From Ranitomeya imitator (Eukaryota), in contig NC_091283.1 of NCBI RefSeq assembly GCF_032444005.1, positions 307,272,001-307,336,000 on the forward strand: a DNA stretch of 64,000 nucleotides. The letters are read 5' to 3'. Positions within the stretch are counted from its first letter, which is position 1. Each line of letters opens with the position of its first letter. This document shows, piece by piece, positions 11,880 through 24,578 of the stretch. Both the position numbers and the translations under genes were made by a program. The notes under the pieces were generated by a model. The model searched no databases. It saw only the letters and a list, made by a program, of their open reading frames with translations, and had not been told where the DNA came from.

Positions 11880-12661
11880 AGGTACCTTCACACATAACGA
11901 TTTAGTTAACGATATCGTTGCAACATCACGCTTTTTGTGACGTAGCAACGATCCCGCTAACGATCTCGTTATGTGTGACAGCGACCAACGATCAGGCCCT
12001 TGCTGGGAGATCGTTGGTCGTGGAGAATGATCAGGACCTTTTTTTGGTCGCTGATCACCCGCTGTCATCGCTGGATCGGCGTGTGTGACGCCGATCCAGC
12101 GATGTGTTCACTTGTAACCAGGGTAAATATTGGGTTACTAAGCGCAGGGCCACGCTTAGTAACCCGATATTTACCCTGGTTACCATTGTAAAAGTAAAAA
12201 AAAAAAAACACTACATACTTACATTCCGATGTCAGTCACGTCCCCCGCTGTCAGCTTACCTGCACTGACTGTCAGCGCCGGCCGTAAAGCACGCTGAGCA
12301 CAGCAGTGACATCACTGCTGTGCTCTGCTTTACAGCCGCTGCTGACACAGTCAGTGCGGGAAGCTGACGGCGGGGGACATGACAGAAATCGGAATGTAAG
12401 TATGTGTTTTTTTTTTTTACTTTTACAATGGTAACCAGGGTAAATATCGGGTTACTAAGCACGGCCCTGCCCTACCCGGGGACTTCGGCATCGTTAAAGA
12501 CAGTTTCAATGATGCCGAAGTCGTTCCCCTGATCGTTAGTCGCTGGAGAGAACTGTCTGTGTGACAGCTCTGCAGTCACCACACAATGACTTACCAACGA
12601 TCATGGCCAGGTCGTATCGCTGGTCGTGATCGTTGGTAAGTCGTTTAGTGTAACTGTACCT
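11880..12661. mobile_element. PIF/Harbinger-like MITE related to 1220-1965, opposite orientation
   Basis: AGGTACCTTCACAC...GTGTAACTGTACCT termini; TTA TSD at 11877-11879 and 12662-12664; shares the GGTAACCAGGGTAAA...GGGTTACTAAGCGC hairpin modules. Confidence 0.85.
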
Positions 12662-13499
12662 TTAGGCATGCAGATCTAACTCAGTTTAGTGCTTTGGCAC
12701 TGGATATACGAAATAAATATTTACTAGACTCAATAGCAGCGGCAAAATACACGACCGGCTTAATTTCAAACGTCTATCAGAACCTCTCTCACAGTCTCGT
12801 ATGGGAGACCATCCCCTGACAGCTACATTAAAATAGGAAGCAGATGTGATGCGGATTATGGAAGTTTTGAATCCCCAATGGCTGTAGATCTTTAGCGAAC
12901 ATTGTATCAAGCTTACAAACTTATTGCACAACATTGGCCAGATGATCAACCACTGACAGTTAATGAATTAATAAATAAGCAAAACAATATTATTTGGTTG
13001 GAAATTTGACAACAACTGGGGAACCTGGTTGAATGTTCCACGTCTACCATCTGGAGTACTCCAGAGAAATAACATATGGCAATTTCTGGCTTCATGAACA
13101 CTTGTAGTATCATCAATCCAGGTTAAATGAGATAAGTAGGGCGAGTACACATGCAAACTAATTATGATAACTGAATGGCAGATATTCTAATGTATACACA
13201 TCATAAAAAAGTAATATGAATACAGATTTCTCTGGAGTATTATCGGGGGAGGGATGGTTGTATTAGTTTGAATGAAAAAAAAAATCAAATCCTTGGAAGA
13301 AGATGACAACTTTATTATATTTTATGTAGAACAATAACATATAATGATACCATGTAACATTGAAAATATCTTTGTCCTACTGATGTCTCTTTGTAAAAAC
13401 TATTGTGTAATTTTCCTAATAAAAATTGTCTCATAAAAAAGTGTGTCTTATTGACCAAGAAATATAGTAATTTCTAAAGTAATTTCCCTTTCTCATTAA

Positions 13500-13827
13500 A
13501 GGGAACCTGTCACCTGAATTTGGCGGGACCAGTTTTGGGTCATATGGGCGGAGTTTTCGGGTGTTTGATTCACCCTTTCCTTACCTGCTGGCTGCATGCT
13601 GGCCGAAATATTGGATTGAAGTTCATTCTCTGTCTTCCATAGTACACGCCTGCGCAAGGTAAGATTACTTTGCACAGGCATGTACTATGGAGGACAGAGA
13701 ATGGACTTCAATCCAATATTTCGGCCAGTATGCAGCCAGCAGGTAAGGAAAGGGTGAATCAAACACCCGAAAACTCCGCCCATATGACCCAAAACTGGTC
13801 CCGCCAAATTCAGTTGACAGGTTCCCT
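13500..13827. mobile_element. T2/Kolobok-type MITE, near-perfect palindrome
   Basis: TTAA TSD at 13496-13499 and 13828-13831; TIR AGGGAACCTGTCA / TGACAGGTTCCCT extended over almost the whole element. Confidence 0.9.
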
Positions 13828-14029
13828 TTAAATAATAGGTCTGTCTGTTATATGTTTTTGTACAATTTGTCAATAATGTATATAGTTTCTGAGTTATTTT
13901 TGATGGTCAACAAAATACTATTTTCCAGTAATTCATTTTTCACACTCTAGGTATGATAATGTCATTTCCTCTGTGTGGGATTTTGACTTCTCATTCCTCA
14001 TGTTTGGTCCTGTTAAAATATAAACACTT

Positions 14030-14394
14030 CTATAAACCTCCCATGCTGGCGCGGTTCCAGCAGTGTAAGCACTTGCATTTCGGGGGCTCAGGTTTTTATG
14101 TCATATGAGCCCTGCTTCCAATTAGCGCTGGCTTCACTGTTCTCACCTTCAGACAAATCGAACAATAAGAAGAAGTCAAAGAGAAGTCACAGCACTGGCT
14201 TCATGTTCATGTTCAATACATCGAGGTCGGGGACAGTGAAGCTGGGGCTGAATGGGCACAGGGCTTGTGTGATGCAACAACCTCATATGAGCCCCAGGAA
14301 TGTGAGTGACGATACCACTGGAACAGCACCGGTACGGAAGGTGAATATGATTTTTTTTTTTATTTTAAGAAGGCAAAACATGATGACAACTCCT
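14030..14394. mobile_element. Partial T2-type MITE just downstream of the zinc-finger stop codon
   Basis: Ends in ACAACTCCT-TTAA (reverse complement TTAA-AGGAGTTGT); the other end is not recognisable. Confidence 0.45.
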
Positions 14395-14432
14395 TTAAGA
14401 AAATACAATTTCCGTTTAAAACATTTCCAACA

Positions 14433-16633
14433 TTAAGAAGGTGAAAAAGGCTTTTCCCCTGTGTGAATTCTCTGGTGCTTAAGCAAATCTGATTTCTGGT
14501 TAAAACATTTCCCACATTCTGAGCATGAAAAAGGCTTCTCCCCTGTGTGGGTTCTCTGGTGGTGAACAAGAACCGATTTCCGGATAAAACATTTCCCACA
14601 TTCTGAACAGGAGAAAGGTTTCTCCCCTGTATGAATTCTCTGGTGCTTAAGCAAATCTGATTTCTGGTTAAAACATTTCTCACATTCTGAGCATGAAAAA
14701 GGCTTCTCCCCTGTGTGGGTTCTCTGGTGGTGATCAAGAACCGATTTTCGGTTAAAACATTTCCCACATTCTGAACAGGAAAAAGGCTTCTCCCCTGTGT
14801 GAATTCTCTGGTGCTTAAGCAAATCTGATTTATGGCTAAAACATTTCCCACATTTTGAACAGGAAAAAGGCTTCTCCCCTGTGTGAATTCTCTGGTGCTT
14901 AAGCAAATCTGATTTCTGGCTAAAACATTTCCCACATTCTGAGCATGAAAAAGGCTTCTCCCCTGTGTGGGTTCTCTGGTGGTGAGAAAGATGCGCTTTC
15001 TCGTTAAAACATTTCCCACATTCTGAACAGGAAAAAGGCTTCTCCCCTGTGTGGGTTCTCTGGTGGTGATCAAGAACCGATTTCCGGATAAAACATTTCC
15101 CACATTCTGAACATGAAAAAGGCTTGTCCCCTGTGTGGGTTCTCTGGTGGTGAACAAGATGCGCTTTCTCGTTAAAACATTTTCCACATTCTGAACATGA
15201 AAAAGGCTTCTCCCCTGTGTGAATTCTCTGATGCTTAAGCAAACCTGATTTCTGGTTAAAACATTTCCCACATTCTGAACATGAAAAAGGCTTCTCCCCT
15301 GTGTGGGTTCTCTGGTGGTGATCAAGATGCGCTTTCTGGGTAAAACATTTCCCACATTCTGAACAGGAAAAAGGCTTATCCCCTGTGTGGGTTCTCTGGT
15401 GCTTAAGCAAATCTGAATTCTGGTTAAAACATTTCCCACATTCTGAACAGGAAAAAGATTTCTCCCCTGTGTGAATTCTCTGGTGGTGATCAAGAACCGA
15501 TTTTCGGTTAAAACATTTACCACATTCTGAACAGGAAAAAGGCTTCTCCCCTGTGTGACTTCTCTGGTGCGTAAGCAAATCTGATTTCTGGTTAAAACAT
15601 TTCCCACATTCTGAACAGGAAAAAGGTTTCTCCCCTGTGTGAATTCTCTGGTGGTAATCAAGAACTGATTTTCGGTTAAAGCATTTCCCACATTCTAAAC
15701 AGGAAAATGGTTTCTCCCCTGTGTGAATTCTCTGGTGGTGATCAAGAACCGATTTTCGGTTAAAACATTTCCCACATTCTGAACAGGAAAAAGGCTTCTC
15801 CCCTGTGTGACTTCTCTGGTGCGTAAGCAAATATGATTTCTGGTTAAAACATTTCCCACATTCTGAACAGGAAAAAGGTTTCTCCCCTGTGTGAATTCTC
15901 TGGTGGTAATCAAGAACTGATTTTCGGTTAAAGCATTTCCCACATTCTGAACAGGAAAAAGGTTTCTCCCCTGTGTGAATTCTCTGGTGGTAATCAAGAA
16001 CCGATTTTCGGTTAAAACATTTCCCACATTCTGAACAGGAAAAAGGCTTCTCCCCTGTGTGAATTCTCTGGTGCTTAAGCAAATCTGATTTCTGGCTAAA
16101 ACATTTCCCACATTCTGAACATGATAAAGGCTTCTTCCCTGTGTGAATTCTCTGGTGCTTAAGCAAATCTGATTTCTGGCTAAAACATTTCCCACATTCT
16201 GAACATGAAAAAGGCTTCTCCCCTGTGTGGGTTCTTTGGTGTATAACAAAATCTGATTTGTGGTTAAAACATTTCCCACATTTTGAACAAGAACATCTGT
16301 TCTCTGCTGTGTGAATTGTTTTATGTTTAAGAAAATGCTTTTCAAGGGGAAAGCTATTTCCATATTCGGAAGGTGAAAACGGCTTCTTTGATTTAGGAGC
16401 AATTCGTTTCTTAATGCTTATTTTGTGACTTTGATTTTCCTTAGTAGTTGGTAAGGAATCAGAAGACAGGACCCATTTCAAAGGATCAGATGAGAGATCT
16501 TTGCTGTGAAGGCATGATGGTATATCTGGCGTAATGACATTCACTTCAATTGTATCCCGTGTGATCTCAAGATCATGTGATTTAAAAATTGAAGATGACA
16601 GCTGCCCCTCTGATCTCCTGGTACAGTAATCTG
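14433..16633 (-). CDS. C2H2 zinc-finger gene, terminal coding exon (spacer, 22 intact fingers and one degenerate finger)
   Basis: Open frame with 22 CxxC...HxxxH units joined by TGEKPF linkers; acceptor ttattcttag|CAGAT (NAGNAG) in phase 1, matching the upstream exon. Confidence 0.95.
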
Positions 16634-18818
16634 CTAAGAATAAAACCAATTATTTTTCCACAAAATATCAAATTTAATATTTTTTGAACATTTCTACTTA
16701 AACGGTCATTAAAAATGGCAAGTTATGTAATATATTTGAATTATTCACCAACAAAATGACAGTTCACAGTCTAATAGAAAACATCATAGGATGAACCAGT
16801 GGAGCGTGGCGTTCAACAGTCAACAGTTTGTTCATCCTGCCTCCCAAATATGGAATAAAAAGCCACCAAACGATGTTATGTAGACAAAATAATACCAATG
16901 AAAAGTTCTACTCATCTTACAAAAAACAAGTCCCCTCTCAGGTCCATCATCTGTCAATGGAAAAACAGAGGTTTCTACATTATTAGTGGCTTGAAAAGCA
17001 ACATCGCTTCCATAAACCAATCTAGCAAAATCCACTCTTCAAAAGTTAAATCTCCCCCTCGCTTCCGAGCCTTGCAGTGTGCTCAAACCACATTTAGCAT
17101 CCATGTATTTGGCATTACTATAGCGAGAAGAACCCACTTAATTTATGGTGCGTGTGTCTTCTGGAGCACAATCTGGGCACTATGTGTTGGGTAATAAAAT
17201 GGCTTATTTTCCATTTTTACTCTCCGACATCCACTGCGCGCTAATTAACGGACAGTGGCTGTGGAGTCAAAATTGTCACTACTCCTAAAGATTAATTCAC
17301 AGAGGGTTATACTGTCCAAAATGGAGTCACTTTATGGGGATTTCTACTGCTCTGGTTTTCTGACATTTTGTCATATTAGGGCTTTTACAAATGCTGTGTC
17401 CCATCTTCTCTGGGATCTGCTCTTATGCCGTCTGCTTATCAAATAATAATTGTGATGTAATTTCCATGTTCAACCTCTTCAGCCAGATATCCTCATTAAT
17501 ATTAAATAAAGACACACACCAGCCTATGTAGGAGCATTAACATAATTAACCTACATATGCTGTAACAAAAAAGCAATTGTCAGAAATCTGCATGAAATGC
17601 AATATCTGTTTTATATTTCAAAATATTTTTTTAAAAATTGCCTGGGCTCCCGCATAATTTTCATAACCAGCAGAGGGAAAGCCGACAGCTGATGTAAATA
17701 TTCTGGGAAGGAGCCAATAGCCAAAGATTCGCAGGCTACGACTATAAATATCAGCTCACAGCTATTTGCTTAGCCTTTACTGGCTAGTTTACAAGGAAAC
17801 CCCAGAAAAAAAATTGACATGGGTTCCTCCTATAAGCTCGCACCAGCTAAGGCTTGACAGACAGCTGCGGGCTGTTATTAATAGCCTGGAAAGGGACCAT
17901 GGATATTGGCATCCCCCAGGTTAGAAACTTCAGCTCTCAGCCACCCGAGAAATGGCGCATCTTATAGATGTGCCAGTTCTGGCACTTAGCCTCGCTCTTC
18001 CCACTTGCCCTGTAGCGTTGGCAAGTGGGGTTCATATTTGTGGGGTTGATTTCGCCTTTGTATTATCAGGTGACATCAAGCCCACAGGTTAGTAATGAAG
18101 AGACTTCTATAAGACACCTATCCATTACTAGCCCTAATGATAATGTATAAAACACAGACACCCAGAATAAAGTCCTTTATTTGAAATAATCACAGACTCC
18201 TTTATTGAATCAAAGTGTACTATATTTACTGAATGCCTAATCTCCAACTCCCTTGTCTCCTGCAAACAATCAAAAAAATAATAAACCAACATATACTATT
18301 TTGTCCGCCGTAGTCCATTTAATACCAAGTGTCCCACGGCGATCTCACGTGTAGAACAGTCACATCAGGAGATGTGACTGCTATACCCGGCCTCCAGCGA
18401 TATGTTGACAGGAGGTAATTATTCCCGCAGTGTATCACTGCGCTGCTGTGAGAGTTCACAGGAGTTCATCAGCTGATCAGCTGCGATTCTCTCACTTAGG
18501 GCACTACTGCTGTGTGAGAACTTTCCCGCGCAGCGATGCCGTAAGTGAGAGCACCGGAGCTGATCAGCTAATCAACTCCAGTGAACTCTCACGGTGGCTC
18601 AGTGGTACACTGCGGGAGCGACTACCTCCTGTCAAAAGATGTAGCCAGATGGGCGTAGTAGTCCCACCAGACGATGCCAGGGTATACATGTCCGTCGCAT
18701 GAGAACACACACACAAACACACATATATTTTCCGCCCACACACAGAGACACACGCACGTATTCTCCGCCCACACACAGACGCATACATATTCTCCGCCTA
18801 CACTCTTCCTCCTTTTGA

Positions 18819-19035
18819 GGGTATGTGTCCACGTTCAGGATTGCATCAGGATTTGGTCAGGATTTTCCATCAGTTTTTGTAAGCCAAAACCAGGAGTGGA
18901 TGATAAATACAGAAGTTGTGCACATGTTTCTATTATACTATTCCGCTAATTGTTCCACTCCTGGTTTTGGCTTACAAATACTGATGAAAAATCCTGACCA
19001 AATCCTGATGCAATCCTGAACGTGGACACATACCC
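18819..19035. mobile_element. Harbinger-like palindromic MITE
   Basis: TIR GGGTATGTGTCCACGTTCAGGATTGCATCAGGATTTGGTCAGG with its exact complement; 3-bp TGA TSD at 18816-18818 and 19036-19038. Confidence 0.85.
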
Positions 19036-19440
19036 TGACAGTATTTCCCTTTGACAATTTGCAGCATTTTTGACAGCAAATCTGAAGCTAGTCCGTAAAC
19101 CTTTTTACACCTGTGTTTTTGCTGCAGATTTTACTGACTCAGTTGAAGTCAATGAGTCCAAAACGCAGCAGAAACGCAAAAAGGATTGACATGCTGCAGA
19201 AAATAAAACAATACAAATAAGGACAGAAATTTACTGATAATGTGCAGTACACTTCAGGATTGTCTTTGATTTCCCTTGTTTTAGTATTCCATTGCATTTT
19301 TGGAGCATTTACAGAAGTAAAAACAAAAATGCCACGAAAATGGATTGTGTGCATGTAGCCCAATAGTGTAGAGCAGACGTTTGATAAATCTAGATCTCAA
19401 GCATTTGCAAAAGGGAATGGAGACCTTTCTAACCTCTTAA

Positions 19441-20427
19441 CTACCAGAGGTATTTTTGGTTTTGCATTTTCATTTTTTGCTCCCCTTCTTCCCAGAGCCA
19501 TAACTTTTTTATTTTTTGTTAAATATTGTAATGTGAGGGCTTGTTTTTTGTGGGTTGAGCTGTATTTTTGAACGAGAGCTTAGTTTTAACATATTGTGTA
19601 CTGGAAAACGGGGGAAAAAATTCCAAGTGCGGTGAAATTGAAAAAAAAGGGCAATCCCACAGTTGTTTCTTGTCTTGCTTTTTTACTATATTCACTAAAT
19701 ACTAAAACTGACCTGCCAGTATGATTCTCCAGGTTACCACTAATTCATAGACACCAAACATGTCTACGTTCTTTTTTATCTAAGTGGTAAAAAAAAAATT
19801 CCAAACTTTGTTAAAAAATAAATAGCACCATTTTCCGATACCCGTAGCTTCTCCATTTTTCGTGATCTTGGGTTGGGTGAGGGCTGATTTTTTGCGCACT
19901 GAGCTGACGTTTTTAGTTATACCATTTTGGTGCATATACAATGTTTTTATCGTCAGTTATTGCATTTTAATGCAATGTCATGGAAACCAAAAAAAGAAAG
20001 TAATTCTGGCACTTTTACTTTTTTTGTTGCTACGCCGTTTAGCAATCAGGTTAATTCTTTTTTAATATTGATATATTGGGTGATTCTGAACTCGGCGATA
20101 TCAAATAGGTTTATGTTTGATTTTTTTATTGTTTTAAATAGGGCAAAAGGGGGTGATTTAAACTTTTATATTTTTTTTAAAACATTTTTTTTTCTACTTT
20201 TGGCATGCTTCAATAGTCTCCATGGACACTTCTATTTTTGACTAGAAACGGCCATCACCCGATCGGCTCAGCTACATTCAAGCGATGATCAGATCACCAG
20301 GATGTAGCAGGATTACTCACTTGTATGTGCTCCCACCACATGCAAGCCAGCAGTGACAACGATAGAGGTCTCCAGGAGACCTCTGGTTGTCATGCCAACC
20401 CATCGGTGACCCGATGTCGGAAAGGGG
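19441..20427. mobile_element. Degraded non-autonomous piggyBac-like element
   Basis: Right end GGAAAGGGG-TTAA (TTAA at 20428-20431); the left end at TTAA 19437-19440 is degenerate. Confidence 0.5.
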
Positions 20428-20729
20428 TTAAGGACTACCACGGAGTTACAGACTCAGATAACTGAGGCAGGGTGATCCCACCACAATCAAAATATCATGC
20501 AGATGAACAGGTAAAAAATAGACAGTTTTTTTATTCTATGATACATCCCTAACAACAACGTATGTATGAGGGGAGAGCTCAAACACTAAACCAGAGTTGC
20601 ACCCATTTATGGTGAACCACTGGAGAAATTATGAGTCCTGTCTAGAAGAGTAGAGAAAGTATTAGTGCCCCCCATTTCAGGAGAGATTGTACATTAATCA
20701 GAATTATTGAGGATTGTAAGCCTAATGTA

Positions 20730-22617
20730 CCGCATATACTCGAGTATAAGCCGACACGATAATAAGCCGACCCCCCTAATTTTGCCACAAAAAAACTGGG
20801 AAAACTTAATGACTCGAGTATAAGCCTAGGGTGGGAAATGCAGCAGCTACCGGTAAATGTCAAAAGTAAAAATAGATACCAATAAAAGTAAAATTAACTG
20901 AGACATCAGTAGGTTAAGTGTTTTTGAATATCCTTATTGAATCAGGAGCCCCATATAATGCTCCATAAAGTTTATGATGGCCCTTTAGATGCTCCATATT
21001 AAAATATGCCCCATATAATCCTGTATAAAGGTTAATAATGGACCCATAAGATGCTCCATAGACACATTTGCCCAATATAATGCTGCACAAACCTTGATTA
21101 TGGCCCCATAAGATGCTCCTTACAGACACTTGCCCCATATAGTGCTGAACAAACGTTGATTATGGCCCCATACAGACACTTGCCCCATATAGAGCTGCAC
21201 AAACGTTATGGCCCCATAAGATGCTCCATACAGACACTTGCCCCATTTGCTGTTGCTGCGAGAAAAAAAAAAATCACATACTCACCTCTCCATCGCTCAG
21301 GCCCCCGGCTGTTATGAACTGGTGGTTTAGGAGCAACATGGGACGAGCTCTGAAGGAGGTGGTACCTGTACTGACCGCAGTTCCTAAGCTCAACACAACA
21401 CTAGAAGTAGCCGTGGGATGTTCCTGTCACTCCCTAGACACCTCGTCACAGCCTGAGAACTAACTACCCCTAAAGATAGAAACAGGAAAGCTATCTTGCC
21501 TCAGAGAAAATCCCCAAAGAATAGATAGCCCCCCACAAATAATGACTGTGAGTGGAGAGGGAAAAGACATACGTAGAATGAAACCAGGATATAGCATAGG
21601 AGGCCAGTCTAGCTAGACAGATAGGACAGGACGGAATACTGTGCGGTCAGTATCAAAAACTACAAAAATCTCCACACCTGACTAAAGGTGTGGAGGGTAA
21701 ATCTGCTTCCCAGAGCTTCCAGCTTAACTGAAAAAATCCATACTGACAAGCTGGACAAAAACATAGAATGTACAGAACAATAAAGTCCACAACATGTGGA
21801 CAAAAAAAGAGCAAAGCAAGAAATTATCTTTGCTGAACTGGTCAGGATATCAGGGAAATCAAAGCAGAGATGTGAATCCAACCAGGAACCATTGACAAGT
21901 GGCACAAGCTGAAGGAAAGAGCCAGGCTAAATAGCCGAGCAGAATAGACAATCAGTGGAAGCAGCTGCTGACTGCTAAATCCAAGGAGCAGCCATACCAC
22001 TTAAAACCACAGGAGGGAGCCCAAGAGCAGAACTCACAAAAGTGCCACTTACAACCACCGGAGGGAGCCCAAGAGCGGAATTCACAACACCCGGCACTTT
22101 CAATATTCACCTGACTTCGCTCCGGCGCCACTCCTTCTTAAGCGTCTTCTGCACTGACGTTTAGGCAGAGGGCGCGCACTAACCACGTCATCGTGCCCTC
22201 TGTCCTGAGCGTCACTGCAGAAGATGCTGAAGACGGAGCGGCGCTGCGCTCCCCGTTATACTCACCTGCTCCTGGTGCTGTGAAGTTCCTGTTTCCCCGG
22301 TGCTGCAGCTTCTTCCTGTACTGAACGGTCACCGTTACCGCTCATTACAGTAATGAATATGCGGCTCCATCCCTATGGGAGGTAGAGCAAGCATATTCAT
22401 TACTGTAATGAGCGGTACCATGTGATCGCTAAGTACAGGAAGAAGCTGGGGTGCCGGGGAGCCAGGGACCGCGCCAGGAGCAGGTGAGTATAATTAGACG
22501 CCACCTCTCCCCCTCCCCTGACGACCCCTGGGTATGACTCGAGTATAAGCCGGAAGGGGGACTTTCAGCCCCCCAAAAATGGGCTGAAAATCTTGGCTTA
22601 TACTCTAGTATATACGG
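20730..22617. mobile_element. Non-autonomous Tc1/mariner (pogo/Tc2-like) element carrying a solo LTR
   Basis: TA TSD at 20728-20729 and 22618-22619; TIR CCGCATATACTCGAGTATAAGCC / GGCTTATACTCTAGTATATACGG; internal GCCCCATATA-type minisatellite at ~20950-21240. Confidence 0.85.
21310..22089 (-). mobile_element. Solo LTR related to the Gypsy chromovirus LTRs at 28450 and 32993
   Basis: TGTTATGAA...TTCACAACA termini and shared internal blocks (GCCCCCCACAAATAATGACTGTGAG; CCAGAGCTTCCAGC); CCCGGC duplicated on both sides. Confidence 0.9.
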
Positions 22618-22697
22618 TATTTTATGATGTGGAGTGAATCCATGAAACCAGGGCTCGAGCCATGCCAACACATCTCCTGCAGGGATGAATAAATGTA

Positions 22698-22844
22698 CAG
22701 TACAGACCTAAAGTTTGGACATATAATTCCACGTGTTAATTCATAGTTTTGATGCCTTCAGTGTGAATGTACAATTTTCATAGTCATGAAAATACAGAAA
22801 AATCTTTAAATGAGTAGGTGTGTCCAAACTTTTGGTGTATACTG
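22698..22844. mobile_element. Miniature Tc1 derivative
   Basis: TA-CAGTACAGACCTAAAGTTTGGACA ... TGTCCAAACTTTTGGTGTATACTG-TA. Confidence 0.8.
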
Positions 22845-23030
22845 TATATCACAGCCATCAGCGCCACACAGCTTAGAGATATATCATGGCACAGGTGTAA
22901 TGTTTTTTATGTAGTTTATCACAATTCTCCTTGAAGTTATTTGGTTTTAAAAGAAAAGCCGGATTGCTTACCGGTAATGCCCTTTTAATGAGCCACGACA
23001 GCACCCACTTGAGAGATTTACAGCGAACCT

Positions 23031-24480
23031 TCACCTGGGTGGGATCACCGTGCTGAGGACAGCCCTCCCGAATGCCAAGTCAGATGTAGAAGATAGATCA
23101 AGTCTATAATGCTTATAAAAGGTCAAGGGTGATGACCAGGTTGTGGCCTTACATATGAGCTCGATTGAGATGTCTTTATTCTCTGCCCACGAGGATGATA
23201 CAGCCCGGGCCGAATGCGCTTTCACTCCTTCTGGAGGATTTTTGCTTTTTGATAAGTAGGCCAGACAGATGGCATCTCTGATTCAGCGGGACAAGGTAGC
23301 CTTCGTAACCCCGTGGCCTTTTCTGTGACCCTGAAAACATACAAACAGAGCCCTACTCTGTCTGCAGGACTGGGTGCTCTCTCTCTTTGTAATTTAAGAC
23401 TGCTCTTTTCACATCCAACATATGTAGCTTCTCTTCCTCTGGATTTGATGGATTGTCATAAAAAAAAGGCAACACGATCTCTTGAGATCTATGGTTGCAG
23501 GATGCTACTTTGGGAATATATGATGGATCAGGCTTGAGAACCACCCTGTCCTGGTATATCATTAAGAAAGAAGGGTCTATGGAGAGCGCTTGGATGTCCC
23601 CTACTCTTCTGGCTGAGGTCAAGGCTATCAATAAGGCGACCTTATACGTGAGATTTTTTAGAGGAATAGAAAGTAAGGGCTCAAAAGGGGGTTCAGTTAA
23701 AGCATCAAGAACTAGATTCAAGTCCCAGGGAGGTCCCAGGGAGTCTTTTTTGCAATCACATGCTGGGGTAGTAGTGTGCGGGCCTCTGATGCTAATAAGC
23801 TGAATAAGATTATCAAGAAGGCAAGTTCTGCTGTGGGCTGTAATCTGGACTCTTTTGGGGAGGTAGTGGAGAAAAGAACTCTGAAAAAGTGTATGGCAAT
23901 TATGAACAATAATGCACATCCACTATATGAGCTATTCATGAGACAGAAGAGCACCTTCAGCAATCGACTAATACTTCTGAGGTGTAAGAAGGAAAAATAT
24001 AGGAAATCGTTTGTGCCAACTGCCATGGGAATGTACAACAATAACATTAGGGTTAAACCACCAAGGTGAATGTCTACTTATTTCTCCACATTTCAGTTCA
24101 CTCGTTGTGTATGTCCTATTCTAATGTATAATGTATAATGTTCTTATGTCAACTCTACTGTCATGTCAACTATGTAATTCTTTTATGATTTTTATGATTT
24201 AAGTTGTGCTGCTGTGATACTATAATTTCCCACGGGATCAATAAAGTGTATCGTATCGTATCGTAAATATGGGATATGTACTGGGGTACATCTTTCGTAT
24301 GCTCTAATGAATCTTGTTATTCACCTGTCCCCCGCTATGTTAGCACTATAGAGGGCTCCTAAAGCGGACACCTGAACCCTTAACGTATTGACTGACAAAC
24401 CCAATGCGTGGCCTTTTTGTAGGAACTCTAGGATGGCTTTAATAGGAACCTTGCTAGAGAAGGGTTTTGTATAGAAAGTC
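23031..24480 (-). pseudogene. DIRS tyrosine recombinase (split by Rex1)
   Basis: PPWDLNLVLDAL, TYKVALLIALTSARRVGDIQAL and HSARAVSSSWA...ATWSSPLTFYKHYRL motifs. Confidence 0.9.
23740..24265 (+). mobile_element. Rex1/Babar-type LINE, 5'-truncated 3' end
   Basis: FFAITCWGSSVRASDANKL...HPLYELF...RLILLRCKKEKYRKSFVPTAMGMYN; AATAAA and a (TATCG)n tail. Confidence 0.8.
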
Positions 24481-24578
24481 AGGAACTTTTTTTCATACTC
24501 TACTGTATATTAAAGTTGTAGATTTCTTCCTGCTTAACAGTAAGGTGTTAATTAGTTCTCGAGAAAACCCTCTTAATG

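Larger units (their letters stand above)
6760..13440 (+). mobile_element. L1 ORF2 C-terminal and 3' UTR remnant split by two DNA-transposon insertions (segments ~6760-6985, 11812-11879, 12665-13440)
   Basis: Removing the insertions restores ...TPLWENQRL...GIQTLDQLVGNGTL|KSFNKLQKEFGLPHGLFFRYLQL|RHA...AYKLIAQHW...FDNNWGTWL; AATAAA near 13418 followed by a short A tail. Confidence 0.85.

Noticed and set aside
14360-16402. Long alternative-frame ORFs (14360-15691 and 15695-16402)
   Set aside because: Shadow frames of the repetitive zinc-finger exon with 28-aa periodicity; no independent evidence of coding.
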